This document shows, piece by piece, positions 23,098-37,928 of a stretch of 64,000 bases of DNA; the first letter of the stretch is position 1, and every line of letters starts with the position of its first letter. This stretch comes from an uncultured Pelagibacteraceae bacterium. Lineage in GTDB: Bacteria > Pseudomonadota > Alphaproteobacteria > Pelagibacterales > Pelagibacteraceae. The notes below the pieces were generated by a model. That model ran no database searches, was not told the origin of the DNA, and was given only the letters and a program-made list of their open reading frames with translations. The position numbers and the translations under genes are program-made. The stretch is taken from NCBI GenBank assembly GCA_902571525.1, contig CACGCL010000004.1:6039-70038 (forward strand), read 5' to 3'.

Positions 23098-24653
23098 TAA
23101 GATATTATTTTATTTGCAAATATCTTAAATTCTATCCAATTTGAAATTTTAAAACCACCATTGTTAAATTCATAAATCAATTCATCAATTTCTGGAAATT
23201 CTTCATTTTTAAAACTTTCATTGGTAATATTCAAAATTTTAAAATCGTTACTAGTTAGATTAATTAATATCTCAAAACTTATTTTTTTTAAATCGTGTCT
23301 ATTTTTTTTGGGAACTACAAATTTATTATAGAATCTATCTAAATCGTTTATAACAAAATCAACATTACTCTTAAAAATTATATTATTTTTTTCCTCATAT
23401 AAAATTCCTTTTTTTACAATTAAATTTGCAATTTTGTCATTTAAGAAAGTTGAATTATTAAATTCAAGTGTTTGACCCTTAAAATTTATATTCATTTTGA
23501 GGTTATCAAAAAATGGATTATTTTCTAACTTTTTTACATTTAGATTTATTTTACCGTTGAAATTTTCATTCAAGATAAAGTCATTAGATAGAATTTCTTT
23601 TAAAATTGAACTGTTCGAGAATAATCTTTTAATTTTTAGACTATCTATGGTGGAATCTATGCTAAAATTAAACGGATTTAAAAATATATTACCAGAGTAA
23701 ACAAATTTATTATTACCTATAAATGAGTTGTTTGACTCAAAATTAATTTTATCTGAATTCAAATTATAATTAATAATATATCTAGATCTATTTAAATAGA
23801 CTTGTAATTTATTTATACTTTTTTTATCGATAAATCTTGATGAATTTAAAATATTAAGATTAATTTTTTTAAACTTTAAGTTGGTGCTTTGCTCCGAATT
23901 TTTCAAATCCTGTTTCCATGTAATTTTAAAAGGAATATTAAAAATTTCTCCCTCAGATAATAATACATCATTATTGTTTTTATCATTATATTGCATATGG
24001 ACTTTTTTAAGGTTTAAAAATGATATTGTTCCCTTGTCTATATCTTGAAAGAATAAATTTGCCCTTTTAATAATTATAGTTTTTTCTTTAAAACCATTTT
24101 TTAAAAAATTTTCTATATAAGCTATATCAGATTTACTGATAAAAAAATTCGTCTCGAAAAGTTCAACAGATTTTAATTTTAATTTTCTTCTTTTTAAAAA
24201 ATTTGTTTGCACTAAATAAAGTTTTAATTTTTTTACTTCTGCAATTTCTTTTTGAAAATTATTATTATTATTAAATATAATTACATTATCTATTTGAAAA
24301 TGTGGTTTAGGAAGTATTGAGTAATTAATTTCAGGAGTAAGTGAAAACTCTATTCCATATTGCTCTTTAAGTAATTTAGCAAGATAGTTTTGATCTGATT
24401 TATTATGTATTATCCCCGGAAAAGATAGATAAATAAGGTAATAAAAGAATAATAAACTTAAAAAAAAAATTAGATATCTTATTTTTAATCTCTTTAAATT
24501 AAATTTGCTAAGCAATTCAAAGGTTTTTTTTTTAATGCTATATATTTTTGAGCGATATTTTAAAATTTGGAAAATATTACTAATTTTTTTGGTCAATTTA
24601 ATTTTTCTAAAAAAACTTGATAAAAAATTTAATTTCAATTTAAAATTTTTCAT
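23085..24653 (-). CDS. AsmA-like envelope protein
   Basis: N-terminal TM helix, YSILPKPH motif, beta-rich body. Confidence 0.55.
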   Translation of the reverse strand: MKNFKLKLNFLSSFFRKIKLTKKISNIFQILKYRSKIYSIKKKTFELLSKFNLKRLKIRYLIFFLSLLFFYYLIYLSFPGIIHNKSDQNYLAKLLKEQYGIEFSLTPEINYSILPKPHFQIDNVIIFNNNNNFQKEIAEVKKLKLYLVQTNFLKRRKLKLKSVELFETNFFISKSDIAYIENFLKNGFKEKTIIIKRANLFFQDIDKGTISFLNLKKVHMQYNDKNNNDVLLSEGEIFNIPFKITWKQDLKNSEQSTNLKFKKINLNILNSSRFIDKKSINKLQVYLNRSRYIINYNLNSDKINFESNNSFIGNNKFVYSGNIFLNPFNFSIDSTIDSLKIKRLFSNSSILKEILSNDFILNENFNGKINLNVKKLENNPFFDNLKMNINFKGQTLEFNNSTFLNDKIANLIVKKGILYEEKNNIIFKSNVDFVINDLDRFYNKFVVPKKNRHDLKKISFEILINLTSNDFKILNITNESFKNEEFPEIDELIYEFNNGGFKISNWIEFKIFANKIISYYAG

Positions 24654-24694
24654 AATGTGTTAATGATTTATATTAGTTAAATTTATTAATTAAA

Positions 24695-26724
24695 ATGACA
24701 AATCTTAAATATTTAGATAATTTAAATAAATCTCAAAAAGAAGCTGTTTTACATATCAGGGGGCCGCTTCTAATCGTTGCTGGAGCTGGATCCGGAAAAA
24801 CTAAAGTACTTACTTCAAGAATAGCTCATATATTAAAAGAGAACAAAGCGTTTTCTAGTCAAATATTATCCGTAACTTTTACAAATAAAGCTGCTCGGGA
24901 AATGCAAAACAGAGTAAGCAAAATTCTTAATGATAAACAGGTTGGGTTACCTTGGCTGGGTACTTTTCACTCAATATGTGCTAAAATTGTGAGAAGACAT
25001 GCAAGAGCTGTTAATCTAAATCAAAACTTTACAATTATTGATCAAGATGACCAATTAAGACTTATTAAATCGATATGCGCATCAGAGAATATAGATACAA
25101 AAAAAATTTCTCCAAATTATATAATAGCTTTAATTAATAAATGGAAAAATTTTGGCTGGTATCCTGACGATGTCGTCTTAAAAAAAGGTGAAAATCTTGA
25201 AAAAAATTTGTCGAAAATTTACAATATCTATCAAGCGAAACTCACAAATTTAAATGTTTGTGATTTTGGTGATTTAATTTTACATTGTGTTTCAATTTTA
25301 GAGAAAAACCAAGATATAAATGAAATGTACTCTAAAAATTTCAAATATATTTTAGTAGATGAGTACCAAGATACAAACTTAATTCAAAGCAAATGGTTAA
25401 AACTTCTAACAAAAAACCACGACAATATTTGTTGTGTTGGTGACGATGATCAGTCAATTTATAGTTGGAGGGGAGCGGAAATAAAAAATTTTTTAGAATT
25501 TGATAAAATTTATAAAAATACAAAAATTATTAGACTTGAAGAAAATTATAGATCAACACAAAACATTCTTAATGTTGCATCAGGGCTCATTTCAAATAAT
25601 GAGAATAGATTAGGAAAAAAACTTAAATCAAATCAGAGTTTGGGAGAATTAATTAACCTCAACTGTTTTAAGAACGGAAAAGATGAAGCGATTAGTGTTT
25701 CAAAAATCCTCGAAAATCAGATTTCTAAAAAATATAGATTGAATAATGCTGCTATATTAGTTAGGGCTATTTATCAAACAAGAGAATTTGAGGAAAGATT
25801 CCTTAAAATTGGTTTGCCTTATAGAATACTAGGGGGTGTTAAATTTTATGAACGTGCAGAAATTAAAGATTGTATTGCATACCTTAGAGTGGTTCATCAA
25901 AATAAAGATGATTTAGCTTTTGAAAGAATACTTAATGTACCAAAAAGGTCTATAGGTGACACATCATTTAAAAATATAAGTGAATATGCAAAAAATAATA
26001 GTTTAAGTCTTGAAAAATCATCAAAAAATCTAATCAGTTTAAATAAGATTAAACCTAAAACAAAAGTAGGTTTGTTTAATTTTTTGAATTTATTGGAGAA
26101 ATGGAGAAATGATTATTTTAATAAAAAAATTGATCACATAAAATTACTCCAGATAATATTAGATGAGTCTGGATATTCTTTAATGTTAAAAAATAAAAAA
26201 GATTTAGAGAATGAAAATCGGCTAGAGAATATAAAAGAACTACTAAGTGCAATGAAAGAGTTTGACAATTTAGAAAGTTTTTTAGAACATGTTGCTCTTG
26301 CAACATCAATTGACAACGATTGGGAAGGTGAAAAAGTTAATTTAATGACAATGCATGCTTCTAAAGGTCTTGAGTTTGATGTAGTGTTTCTTCCAGGTTG
26401 GGAAGAAGGTTTATTTCCACATCAAAAATCTATAGATGAAAAGGGACAACAGGGTCTTGAAGAAGAAAGAAGACTTGCATATGTTGGAATTACAAGAGCT
26501 AAACACGAAGTGTTTATATCATTTTCACTTAATAGATTTTATCAAGGAGATTGGATAGACAGTATTTCATCTAGATTTATTGATGAATTGCCAGAAAAAT
26601 ATATTAATAAAATTAATAATTATGAGAGAGAAGAAGACGAATTTTTTGATTTTAATCAAGACTTAGAAAATGATGGAGATGTTTATAGAAGCCCTGGATG
26701 GTTGAGATATCAAAAACGACTAAA

Positions 26725-26728
<4 letters not shown>
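24695..26728 (+). CDS. uvrD: ATP-dependent DNA helicase UvrD/PcrA
   Basis: AGAGSGKT, VDEYQD, GDDDQSIY, ENYRS, EEERRLAYV. Confidence 0.95.
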
Positions 26729-30420
<3,692 letters not shown>

Positions 30421-30424
30421 TTAA

Positions 30425-31255
30425 TTAATACAAAAGCTTTTTAAATTTTTTAAACATTCCATCTTTTTCTTTTTTTATTTCTAATTTTGATTTGTAATTT
30501 TTATTATAAATTTTATAAGTCTTCGTATACCACTCACTTGATTGATAATTGTACCCTAACAATGACGCATATTTTTGAGACTCTTCTATTAATCCAAGTC
30601 TATAGTAAAGTTCAACCAACCTATGAAGCGCCTCATCTATAAATGAGGTTTCTTCATAGTTATTAACAACGTTCTTGAAACGATTAATAGCCGCAATCCA
30701 TTTTTTTTTTTTTATATAGTGTATACCAATATACATTTCCTTTGACGCAAGATAATCCTGTATTAAATCCAATTTATAAGTCGAGTCTAAAGCAAAATCT
30801 GTATCTGGGTAATTTTTTACGATAAATTTAAATTTATCCTCAGCTAATATTAATGGCTCTAAATCTTTTTTTTCATCAACGATTTTTTCATAATATACCA
30901 TTCCTAATAGATAGTGAGCGTAAGATATATCTTTTTCATTTGGATAAACTTTTAAAAATCTTTTTAATTCATACTCAGCATCAAAATAATAATCTTGAGA
31001 ATAATAAGCATATGCTGCCATTAGTGCAGCTTTTGGAGCCCACACAGACTGTGGGTACAAAAGCTCAGCTTCATTAAACTTTTTAGCAGCAAATAATACA
31101 TCTCCGTTTTCTAACTCGGTATACCCTTCTTCAAAAGCCTCTATCATTTGAGTTTCTATGTTTTTTTCTTTGACAATCGAAACTTTGTCATTTTTTGAGC
31201 AAGAAATTAATAAAATTATTAATATTAATTTAAAAAATTTATTTAAAATTTTCAT
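30425..31255 (-). CDS. bamD: Outer-membrane assembly lipoprotein BamD
   Basis: Lipobox LISC, TPR repeats, AAINRF, EALHRLVE. Confidence 0.93.
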   Translation of the reverse strand: MKILNKFFKLILIILLISCSKNDKVSIVKEKNIETQMIEAFEEGYTELENGDVLFAAKKFNEAELLYPQSVWAPKAALMAAYAYYSQDYYFDAEYELKRFLKVYPNEKDISYAHYLLGMVYYEKIVDEKKDLEPLILAEDKFKFIVKNYPDTDFALDSTYKLDLIQDYLASKEMYIGIHYIKKKKWIAAINRFKNVVNNYEETSFIDEALHRLVELYYRLGLIEESQKYASLLGYNYQSSEWYTKTYKIYNKNYKSKLEIKKEKDGMFKKFKKLLY

Positions 31256-31295
31256 TTTCTAGATTATTAACAGATAAATTATAAAGCTTAAATAT

Positions 31296-32216
31296 TTATG
31301 CTATAGATTTTAATGGATTCTTTATTAAAAAGGAATGTGGTATATTTTTTTCTTTTAATTCAATAATTGAAAAATTCTCATTATTGCTTAATAATTCTCT
31401 TAAACCTTGATTTGTTACGTTATGACCACCTTGGCTTGATGTAATTTTGCCAACCATTCTATGGCCTGCAAGATAAATATCTCCCAAGCAATCTAAAATT
31501 TTGTGATTAACGAATTCTTTTGGGTTTCTTAATTTTTCAGAATTAAGTATTTCATTACCTTTTAAAACTATGGCGTTATCTAAACTTCCTCCTTTAGCTA
31601 AACCTATCTTTTTAAGTTTTTCAATATCTTCAAATAAACAAAAAGTTCTTGAATTGTACATGTCGTTCAAATCGTCTATATAAATGTTTTTTTTATTTCT
31701 TTGATTTAAGATTGAATTTTGTTCGTACTTTATTTCAAAATCAATTTCTAAACTTATTTTATTTGGTTCAAAGGTAATAAATTTTTCACCATCCAAGTAG
31801 GTAACTTTTTTATTGATCTTAATAATTCTTATTGGAAGATCACTAATTTTAAAACCTACATCTTCCAGGGTCTCTACAAAGTTTTTTGCTGAGCCATCCA
31901 TAATTGGTAATTCTTCTGAATTTAAATCAACTACAAGGTTGTCAATACCTAATCCATATAGCGCAGCCATAAGATGTTCAACTGTTGACACGCTTGTGCC
32001 ATACTCATTTGTTAATTTAGTGCAATAAGATGCGCTTGAGACATTGAACACATTTGGATAAACTAGGTTGTTGCTGTTTAAATCTGATCTTCTAAATATT
32101 ATTCCTGTATTTGGCGGTGCTGGAAATAGGGTCATAAAAACTTTTTTCCCCGAGTGTAGTCCGACACCATTAAATTTCGCTATACGTTTAATGGTTTTTT
32201 GGTTTAAGACTGACAT
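31296..32216 (-). CDS. lpxC: UDP-3-O-acyl-GlcNAc deacetylase
   Basis: GVGLHSG, TVEHL.AAL, HKILD..GD. Confidence 0.97.
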   Translation of the reverse strand: MSVLNQKTIKRIAKFNGVGLHSGKKVFMTLFPAPPNTGIIFRRSDLNSNNLVYPNVFNVSSASYCTKLTNEYGTSVSTVEHLMAALYGLGIDNLVVDLNSEELPIMDGSAKNFVETLEDVGFKISDLPIRIIKINKKVTYLDGEKFITFEPNKISLEIDFEIKYEQNSILNQRNKKNIYIDDLNDMYNSRTFCLFEDIEKLKKIGLAKGGSLDNAIVLKGNEILNSEKLRNPKEFVNHKILDCLGDIYLAGHRMVGKITSSQGGHNVTNQGLRELLSNNENFSIIELKEKNIPHSFLIKNPLKSIA

Positions 32217-32282
32217 ACTATGTTTATAGATGTTTGTAATTATTAAGAAAAAACAAGTAATATTACAAAAAAATACAATTAA

Positions 32283-32993
32283 TTAATCAAATAATCCAAA
32301 AATCTTATTAAAAATACTTGTTTTTTTTGGCAAAGCCTCTGTGAGAAATACTTCTGATTGATTTTCCCCGTTCAAAATTTTATTAGCTGATATGCACATT
32401 GTATCGTCTCTATCACTAATTAAAAATCTCTTAGCATAATCATAGGACACAATTTTATTAATATTAATTTTACACTCATTAAATAATCTTTTCACTTTAT
32501 TTATCAGCTCTTTGTCTAGGCAAATAAACTCTATTTCTAAAACTATTTTTTTAAATCTTATTTCATTTGGTAAATAACTATAAACTCTATCATCAATTAC
32601 ATATTTGTTAATTATTATATGCGTAATAGATAAATTTTTTTCATTATTATCAAATTGTTGGATCATACTCTGTACAAGATTTATAACAATTTTTTTATCA
32701 AGCACTTTCTCATCAAAAACATTTTTTATGCTAAATAGTATATTTTGATAAGATTTTGATTGAATAGATATATTTCCATCATTTAAAAAAAAACCTAATC
32801 TTTTTTCCAACTTACGGATATTTTCTTTAAGTAAATTTTGTATAACTTTAAAATTCAGGTTGTTCATTAAATTATCGGGAATCTCGAACTCAATAATATT
32901 TGAATACTTTTGTTTTCCTTTTTCAAAAAAACAAATATAAATTTTATTATCTGAAATTCCAAAATAAAAATCTCCTTTTTCAGAGTTATTCAT
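32283..32993 (-). CDS. ftsA: Truncated/degenerate FtsA-like protein
   Basis: Follows ftsQ; HII...Y.ID 1C-like segment; C-terminal amphipathic helix IFNKIFGLFD; no ATPase motifs seen. Confidence 0.6.
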   Translation of the reverse strand: MNNSEKGDFYFGISDNKIYICFFEKGKQKYSNIIEFEIPDNLMNNLNFKVIQNLLKENIRKLEKRLGFFLNDGNISIQSKSYQNILFSIKNVFDEKVLDKKIVINLVQSMIQQFDNNEKNLSITHIIINKYVIDDRVYSYLPNEIRFKKIVLEIEFICLDKELINKVKRLFNECKININKIVSYDYAKRFLISDRDDTMCISANKILNGENQSEVFLTEALPKKTSIFNKIFGLFD

Positions 32994-33660
32994 ATTTTAT
33001 TATTTTATTTTTAATTCTTAGATCGATAATCTTAGAACTAGCAAATTTTTTTCTATTTAACAAATTGTGACTGTAATTAATAATTTCCTTAGTGTACTTA
33101 ATTGGAAATTTGATAATAACACTGTTATTTAAATTAATATCAAATCTTCCACTTTTAAAAAAAATAATTTTTTCAACTTTTTTATATTCAAATTTAGATG
33201 ACTTTAGTAAATTAATTACATGAAATACTTCACTAAAATTATCTGAGCCTAAGACAATTGGTAAGCTATTATTTTTTATTTTTGTGTTCAACATTCTACC
33301 ATTATCTCCTAGAATAATCTTAGAATCTTGAATTTCTATTATGCATAAAGGTTTTGCTGGGATAAAATCTAATATTAATGCATTTGGGTAATTTTTTTTA
33401 ATACTTAAATATTTTATATCATTTCTATTAACTAATTTCGTAAAATAATCTTTTTTTAAAAAAAAAATATTTTTTCCATTGATATTTTTAATTTGGTTAT
33501 TGATTTTTTTATTTTTATCATCAGAAAGTCCACTAACATATATATGTTTAACACTAAATATATTTACACTTATAAAATTATAATTATTAGTAGAAGTTAA
33601 AAATAATACTAAAAAGCTATAAAAAATTAATTTGTATTTTTTATCTTTTAGTAGATGCAT
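32986..33660 (-). CDS. ftsQ: Cell division protein FtsQ
   Basis: TM helix, POTRA-like K.YP..L, terminal IDLRI. Confidence 0.85.
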   Translation of the reverse strand: MHLLKDKKYKLIFYSFLVLFLTSTNNYNFISVNIFSVKHIYVSGLSDDKNKKINNQIKNINGKNIFFLKKDYFTKLVNRNDIKYLSIKKNYPNALILDFIPAKPLCIIEIQDSKIILGDNGRMLNTKIKNNSLPIVLGSDNFSEVFHVINLLKSSKFEYKKVEKIIFFKSGRFDINLNNSVIIKFPIKYTKEIINYSHNLLNRKKFASSKIIDLRIKNKIIKYE

Positions 33661-34555
33661 CTTTTATCATCCAGTTTATTAAAGATTTAAAATTTATGCC
33701 TTTGTGTGCAGCTATTTCTGGGACCAATGATAAGTTAGTCATTCCAGGTTGGGTATTAAGTTCTAGTAAATAAAATTTATTTTTATAAAATTTAAAATCA
33801 GATCTTGTTATTCCTTTGCAACCTAATAATTTGTGGGCTTTTAATGCAATTTCATTAACTTTTTTAAAATTTCTTTTACTAAGATCTACAGGAATTATGT
33901 GTTTTGTTTTTGCATTTGTTTGATATTTTGCTTTGTAATCATAAAACTTTCTTTTTGGCCTTAGTTCTATTGCGCCTAATTTTTGATTTCCCATAATTGC
34001 AACTTGAATTTCTCTTCCTGAAATAAATTTTTCAATAAGAAATTCATTATAGTTCCTCATTTTTTTTAGATTTGCTGATAAAGATAATTTATTATTACAT
34101 ATAAATACATCTAAACTAGATCCTTCATTAATTGGTTTTATAACAACCGGGTAGCCTAGATAATTTTTAATTTTTGCAAAATTTATTTTTTTAGTGCCAT
34201 TTTTAATTTTTAGGTAAGAAGGAGTTAATATTTTATTTTTTAAAAAAATTTTTTTAGATATCTCTTTGTCCATTGCAGACATTGAAGAAATGACACCTGA
34301 GTGCGTATATTTTATTCCTAATGTTTCTAAAATCGATTGGATATAACCGTCTTCTCCAAATCTGCCGTGTAAAGCATTAAATATTACATCTGGGTTAAAA
34401 TTTTTTATTGTCTTAATAAAATTATAACATGGATCACAAAACTTCACTTTATGTACTTTTTTAATTGCCTTAATAACAGCTTTAGATGATTTAAGACTTA
34501 TAACACGTTCTTTAGAATACCCACCGCCTAAAATTAAAATCCTTTTTTTTTTCAA
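33641..34555 (-). CDS. ddl: D-Ala-D-Ala ligase
   Basis: GG.S.ER..S, LHG..GEDG, YDY.AKY, ELNTQPGMT. Confidence 0.96.
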   Translation of the reverse strand: MKKKRILILGGGYSKERVISLKSSKAVIKAIKKVHKVKFCDPCYNFIKTIKNFNPDVIFNALHGRFGEDGYIQSILETLGIKYTHSGVISSMSAMDKEISKKIFLKNKILTPSYLKIKNGTKKINFAKIKNYLGYPVVIKPINEGSSLDVFICNNKLSLSANLKKMRNYNEFLIEKFISGREIQVAIMGNQKLGAIELRPKRKFYDYKAKYQTNAKTKHIIPVDLSKRNFKKVNEIALKAHKLLGCKGITRSDFKFYKNKFYLLELNTQPGMTNLSLVPEIAAHKGINFKSLINWMIKDASTKR

Positions 34556-35463
34556 TTAACAATCTCCAATTCTAATTCAAGAGATATTCCAGTTTTATCT
34601 TTTACTTTGTATTTGACAAAATTGATCAAATTATTCATGTTTTCGAATGATGCATTTTTAGAATTAATAAAAAAATTGCTGTGCTTATCTGAAATTTTCG
34701 CATCGCCAAAATTTGTTTTAATATCTACACTTTCCCTAATAAGCTCCCACACTTTTTTTTTTGTTTGAGCTTTTGGATTTTTAAATGTGCTACCCCCAGT
34801 TTTTACTCTTAAAGGTTGTGAATTTTCTTTTTTTTGCTTAAATTTATTAACTGTATCCTCTATCTCTTTTCTATCTTTTTTAAAAGTTTTAAAAGACGCA
34901 CTTAAAAAAATTAAATTTTTTGGAAGACTTATTTTTCTATACTCAAAGTTAATATTCTTTGAGTCAATTGTATATACTTTACCATCGTAATCCATAACCT
35001 GTACCGAGAGCAAAACATCTTTAAACTCTTTACCAAAACAACCTGAGTTCATCCTAATACCGCCCCCTACTGATCCAGGTATACACGATAGAAATTCCAG
35101 ACCACTTAAATTATTATTGGTCGCAAAATCTGAGACATTCTTATCCAAGATAGAGCAACCGGCAATAACAATGTTGTCATTCATTAAAGATATTTTGTTA
35201 AAATTTTTACCTAATTTGATAAAAATTCGATTTTGAATATTTTCTGATATCAATAAGTTTGAACCTGCACCTAAAAGAAAAAAATCATTATCATTTTTTT
35301 TCAAATATACCAGAAATTCTCTTAATTCATCTAATGTTTCTGGAACAAAAAAAATTTTTGCATTTCCACCAATATTAAGCCAAGTATGATTCTTTAAATT
35401 ATAATTTAATCTTATTTTACCTTTAATATTTTTTGTAAAAGTATCTAGGTCTTTTAACGTCAT
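34552..35463 (-). CDS. murB: UDP-N-acetylenolpyruvoylglucosamine reductase
   Basis: GAGSNLL, IPGSVGG..RMN.G, GGSTFKNP, KHSNF. Confidence 0.96.
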   Translation of the reverse strand: MTLKDLDTFTKNIKGKIRLNYNLKNHTWLNIGGNAKIFFVPETLDELREFLVYLKKNDNDFFLLGAGSNLLISENIQNRIFIKLGKNFNKISLMNDNIVIAGCSILDKNVSDFATNNNLSGLEFLSCIPGSVGGGIRMNSGCFGKEFKDVLLSVQVMDYDGKVYTIDSKNINFEYRKISLPKNLIFLSASFKTFKKDRKEIEDTVNKFKQKKENSQPLRVKTGGSTFKNPKAQTKKKVWELIRESVDIKTNFGDAKISDKHSNFFINSKNASFENMNNLINFVKYKVKDKTGISLELELEIVN

Positions 35464-36860
35464 TGTCTCATTAAGTTGGGCAATTCTTTAATCCAGTTTG
35501 ATATAGATCCTGCTCCCATTCCAATTGTTATTTTCTCATCATCTAAATATTTTTTTAAGAACTTTGCTAATTCATATTGATTATTTACCATAAATACTTG
35601 AACTTTAGATTTATTGGCAATTTGTTCTGCAAGTTTACCATAATTTAAATTTATTTTTAAGTTTTCTCCTGCTTTATAAATAGGACATAGAATTACAGAG
35701 TCTGCCTTTTTAAAAGATAAACAAAACTCTTTTTTCAAATCATTTAGTCTAGAAATTCTATGTGGCTGAAAAATACATATTATTTTTTTTTCTTTATAAC
35801 TATTACTAACTCCATCTAAAACCTCTCTTATTTCTGTGGGGTGGTGAGCATAATCATCAAAAACTTCTGCGCCATTGTAAGTAAATATTTTGTTAAATCT
35901 TCTCTCTACACCTTTGAAGTTTTTTAGACTATTTTTCAATATAACTGGGGATATGCCAATAAAAAAGGATACAGCTATTGCAGCTGTAGCATTTTTTATA
36001 TTATGGGATCCTATTAAAGGAATCACAAATTTTTTTAAAACAAATTTTTTTTTATTTGGAAGATTCATTTCAACATCAAAGATAGATTTATTTTTTTTGA
36101 ATGAACAATTTTTAATTTTAAAATTTGAACCATTGTTAAATCCATAAGTAAGTATGTTTTTAATTTTACCTATTTTGTGAATATCTCTAATGTTCTTATC
36201 ATCTAGACAAACAAATGTTTTACCAAAAGATGGAACTTTAAGCATAAATCTTATAAATTGCTTTTTAAGTTCATTTAAAGATTTGTAGTAATCCATGTGT
36301 TCTCTATCAATATTTGTTACTACGGCATAAGTTGATGGAACTTTTACAAAACTTCCATCAGACTCATCTGACTCTAATACACACCACTCGCTTTTTCCCA
36401 GTTTAGCTGAGTTTTCTAATGAATTAATTACCCCACCATTTATGATGGTTGGATCTAATTTAGCTTTACCAAATATAGATGCTATTAAAGACGTGGTGGT
36501 AGTTTTGCCATGAGATCCTGAAACAACAATGTTTTTTTTGAGTGATGTGATATGTGCTAACATATCTCCTCTTGTATAAATAGGTAAATTTTTTTTTTTT
36601 GCTTGCTTGATTTCAATGTTATTATTTTTAATTGCTGAGGAAATTACTAAAATCGTTGCTTTTTTGATATTTGATGATGCATGTCCTAAATAAAATTTAA
36701 TTTGAAACTTCTTTAACCTTTCTATATTTTTATTAGAAGATTTGTCGCTGCCCTGCACTTTAAAACCTAGCCTCATCATTATTAATGCTAGTCCACTCAT
36801 ACCTATTCCGCCTATTCCAACAAAATGTATTATTTCGGATTTTGCTAAGTTTATATTCAT
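35460..36860 (-). CDS. murC: UDP-MurNAc-L-Ala ligase
   Basis: GIGGIGMS, GSHGKTTT, DESDGSF, DDYAHHP. Confidence 0.97.
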   Translation of the reverse strand: MNINLAKSEIIHFVGIGGIGMSGLALIMMRLGFKVQGSDKSSNKNIERLKKFQIKFYLGHASSNIKKATILVISSAIKNNNIEIKQAKKKNLPIYTRGDMLAHITSLKKNIVVSGSHGKTTTTSLIASIFGKAKLDPTIINGGVINSLENSAKLGKSEWCVLESDESDGSFVKVPSTYAVVTNIDREHMDYYKSLNELKKQFIRFMLKVPSFGKTFVCLDDKNIRDIHKIGKIKNILTYGFNNGSNFKIKNCSFKKNKSIFDVEMNLPNKKKFVLKKFVIPLIGSHNIKNATAAIAVSFFIGISPVILKNSLKNFKGVERRFNKIFTYNGAEVFDDYAHHPTEIREVLDGVSNSYKEKKIICIFQPHRISRLNDLKKEFCLSFKKADSVILCPIYKAGENLKINLNYGKLAEQIANKSKVQVFMVNNQYELAKFLKKYLDDEKITIGMGAGSISNWIKELPNLMRQ

Positions 36861-37924
36861 TTTGAAATTAAATTGTTTAATTGATTAGAATTTGAATTCC
36901 AATCATATCTATTGTGAAAATTATTCATATTCTTTTTTTTTTGAAATATCAATTTTTTATTTTTAATCAAATTTTTAACAAATTTATATAAAAAATTTTT
37001 TTTTATATCAGTTTCCCTAATTAACCAGCCTAGATTTTTGTTAACATAATATTTTGCATTAAAAAATTGGTGATCATCTTTGGCATGAGGATAAGGAATT
37101 AATAAAAAAGGGGTTTCTAAAAATACTAATTCATTTACAGTTGATGCACCAGATCTTGAAATAGCAAAATCACATCTTTTTATAATTTTATGTAGGTCAT
37201 GGTTATAAGAAAATGCATAGAAGTCTATATTATTTGAAACATAAAAATTTTTTAGTTTTTTTAAATTTTGAATACTTGTTTGATGATAAATTTTGATTCT
37301 AAATTTTTTTGATAATTTAATTAAATCCTCATTAAATAGTCTATCAAATTTTTTTGCTCCTTGACTTCCCCCTATTATCAATAAAGAAAATAATTTTAAT
37401 TTTCTCTTCAAATTTTTTTTTGTTAAAATAATCTCTTTTCTAATTAAGGGATTAATTACTAAATTTTTATGACGCATTTTTTTTGGGAAATTTTTTATTT
37501 TTTTGTTATATGTAAATATTTTCTCACAAAAATTTAATAAAAATAAATTAGATCTACCTATAACTAAATTGGGCTCAAAGAGAAAAATCTTTAAATTTAA
37601 AAATCTAGCGGCTAAGCAAACAGGAACTGACATGTAACCTCCTGTTGATATTAATATTTCAATTTTATTTTTATTTAAAAATAAATATGACTTTATTATT
37701 GATAAACTAAATTTAATCAAAAATGGTATGAAACTTATTACATTGTTGCTCAATTTTGGTACTTCAATTTCTTTAATTTTGTATTTCCTTTTATTAATAT
37801 AATTAATCCCCCTTTTATCGCTGGTAATTATAATCTGATTATTATGTGCTAAATAATCATATAAAATTTGTGCTGGAATTACATGACCTCCGGTACCTCC
37901 AGTGCTAATAATTATTTTTTTCAT
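36857..37924 (-). CDS. murG: MurG glycosyltransferase
   Basis: GGTGGH, GGSQGA, RSGAST, HQ..NA. Confidence 0.96.
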   Translation of the reverse strand: MKKIIISTGGTGGHVIPAQILYDYLAHNNQIIITSDKRGINYINKRKYKIKEIEVPKLSNNVISFIPFLIKFSLSIIKSYLFLNKNKIEILISTGGYMSVPVCLAARFLNLKIFLFEPNLVIGRSNLFLLNFCEKIFTYNKKIKNFPKKMRHKNLVINPLIRKEIILTKKNLKRKLKLFSLLIIGGSQGAKKFDRLFNEDLIKLSKKFRIKIYHQTSIQNLKKLKNFYVSNNIDFYAFSYNHDLHKIIKRCDFAISRSGASTVNELVFLETPFLLIPYPHAKDDHQFFNAKYYVNKNLGWLIRETDIKKNFLYKFVKNLIKNKKLIFQKKKNMNNFHNRYDWNSNSNQLNNLISK

Positions 37925-37928
37925 AAAT

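Noticed and set aside
32217-32282. ftsZ remnant or CtrA box at the ancestral ftsZ position
   Set aside because: No FtsZ-like coding trace and no clean TTAA-N7-TTAA visible.
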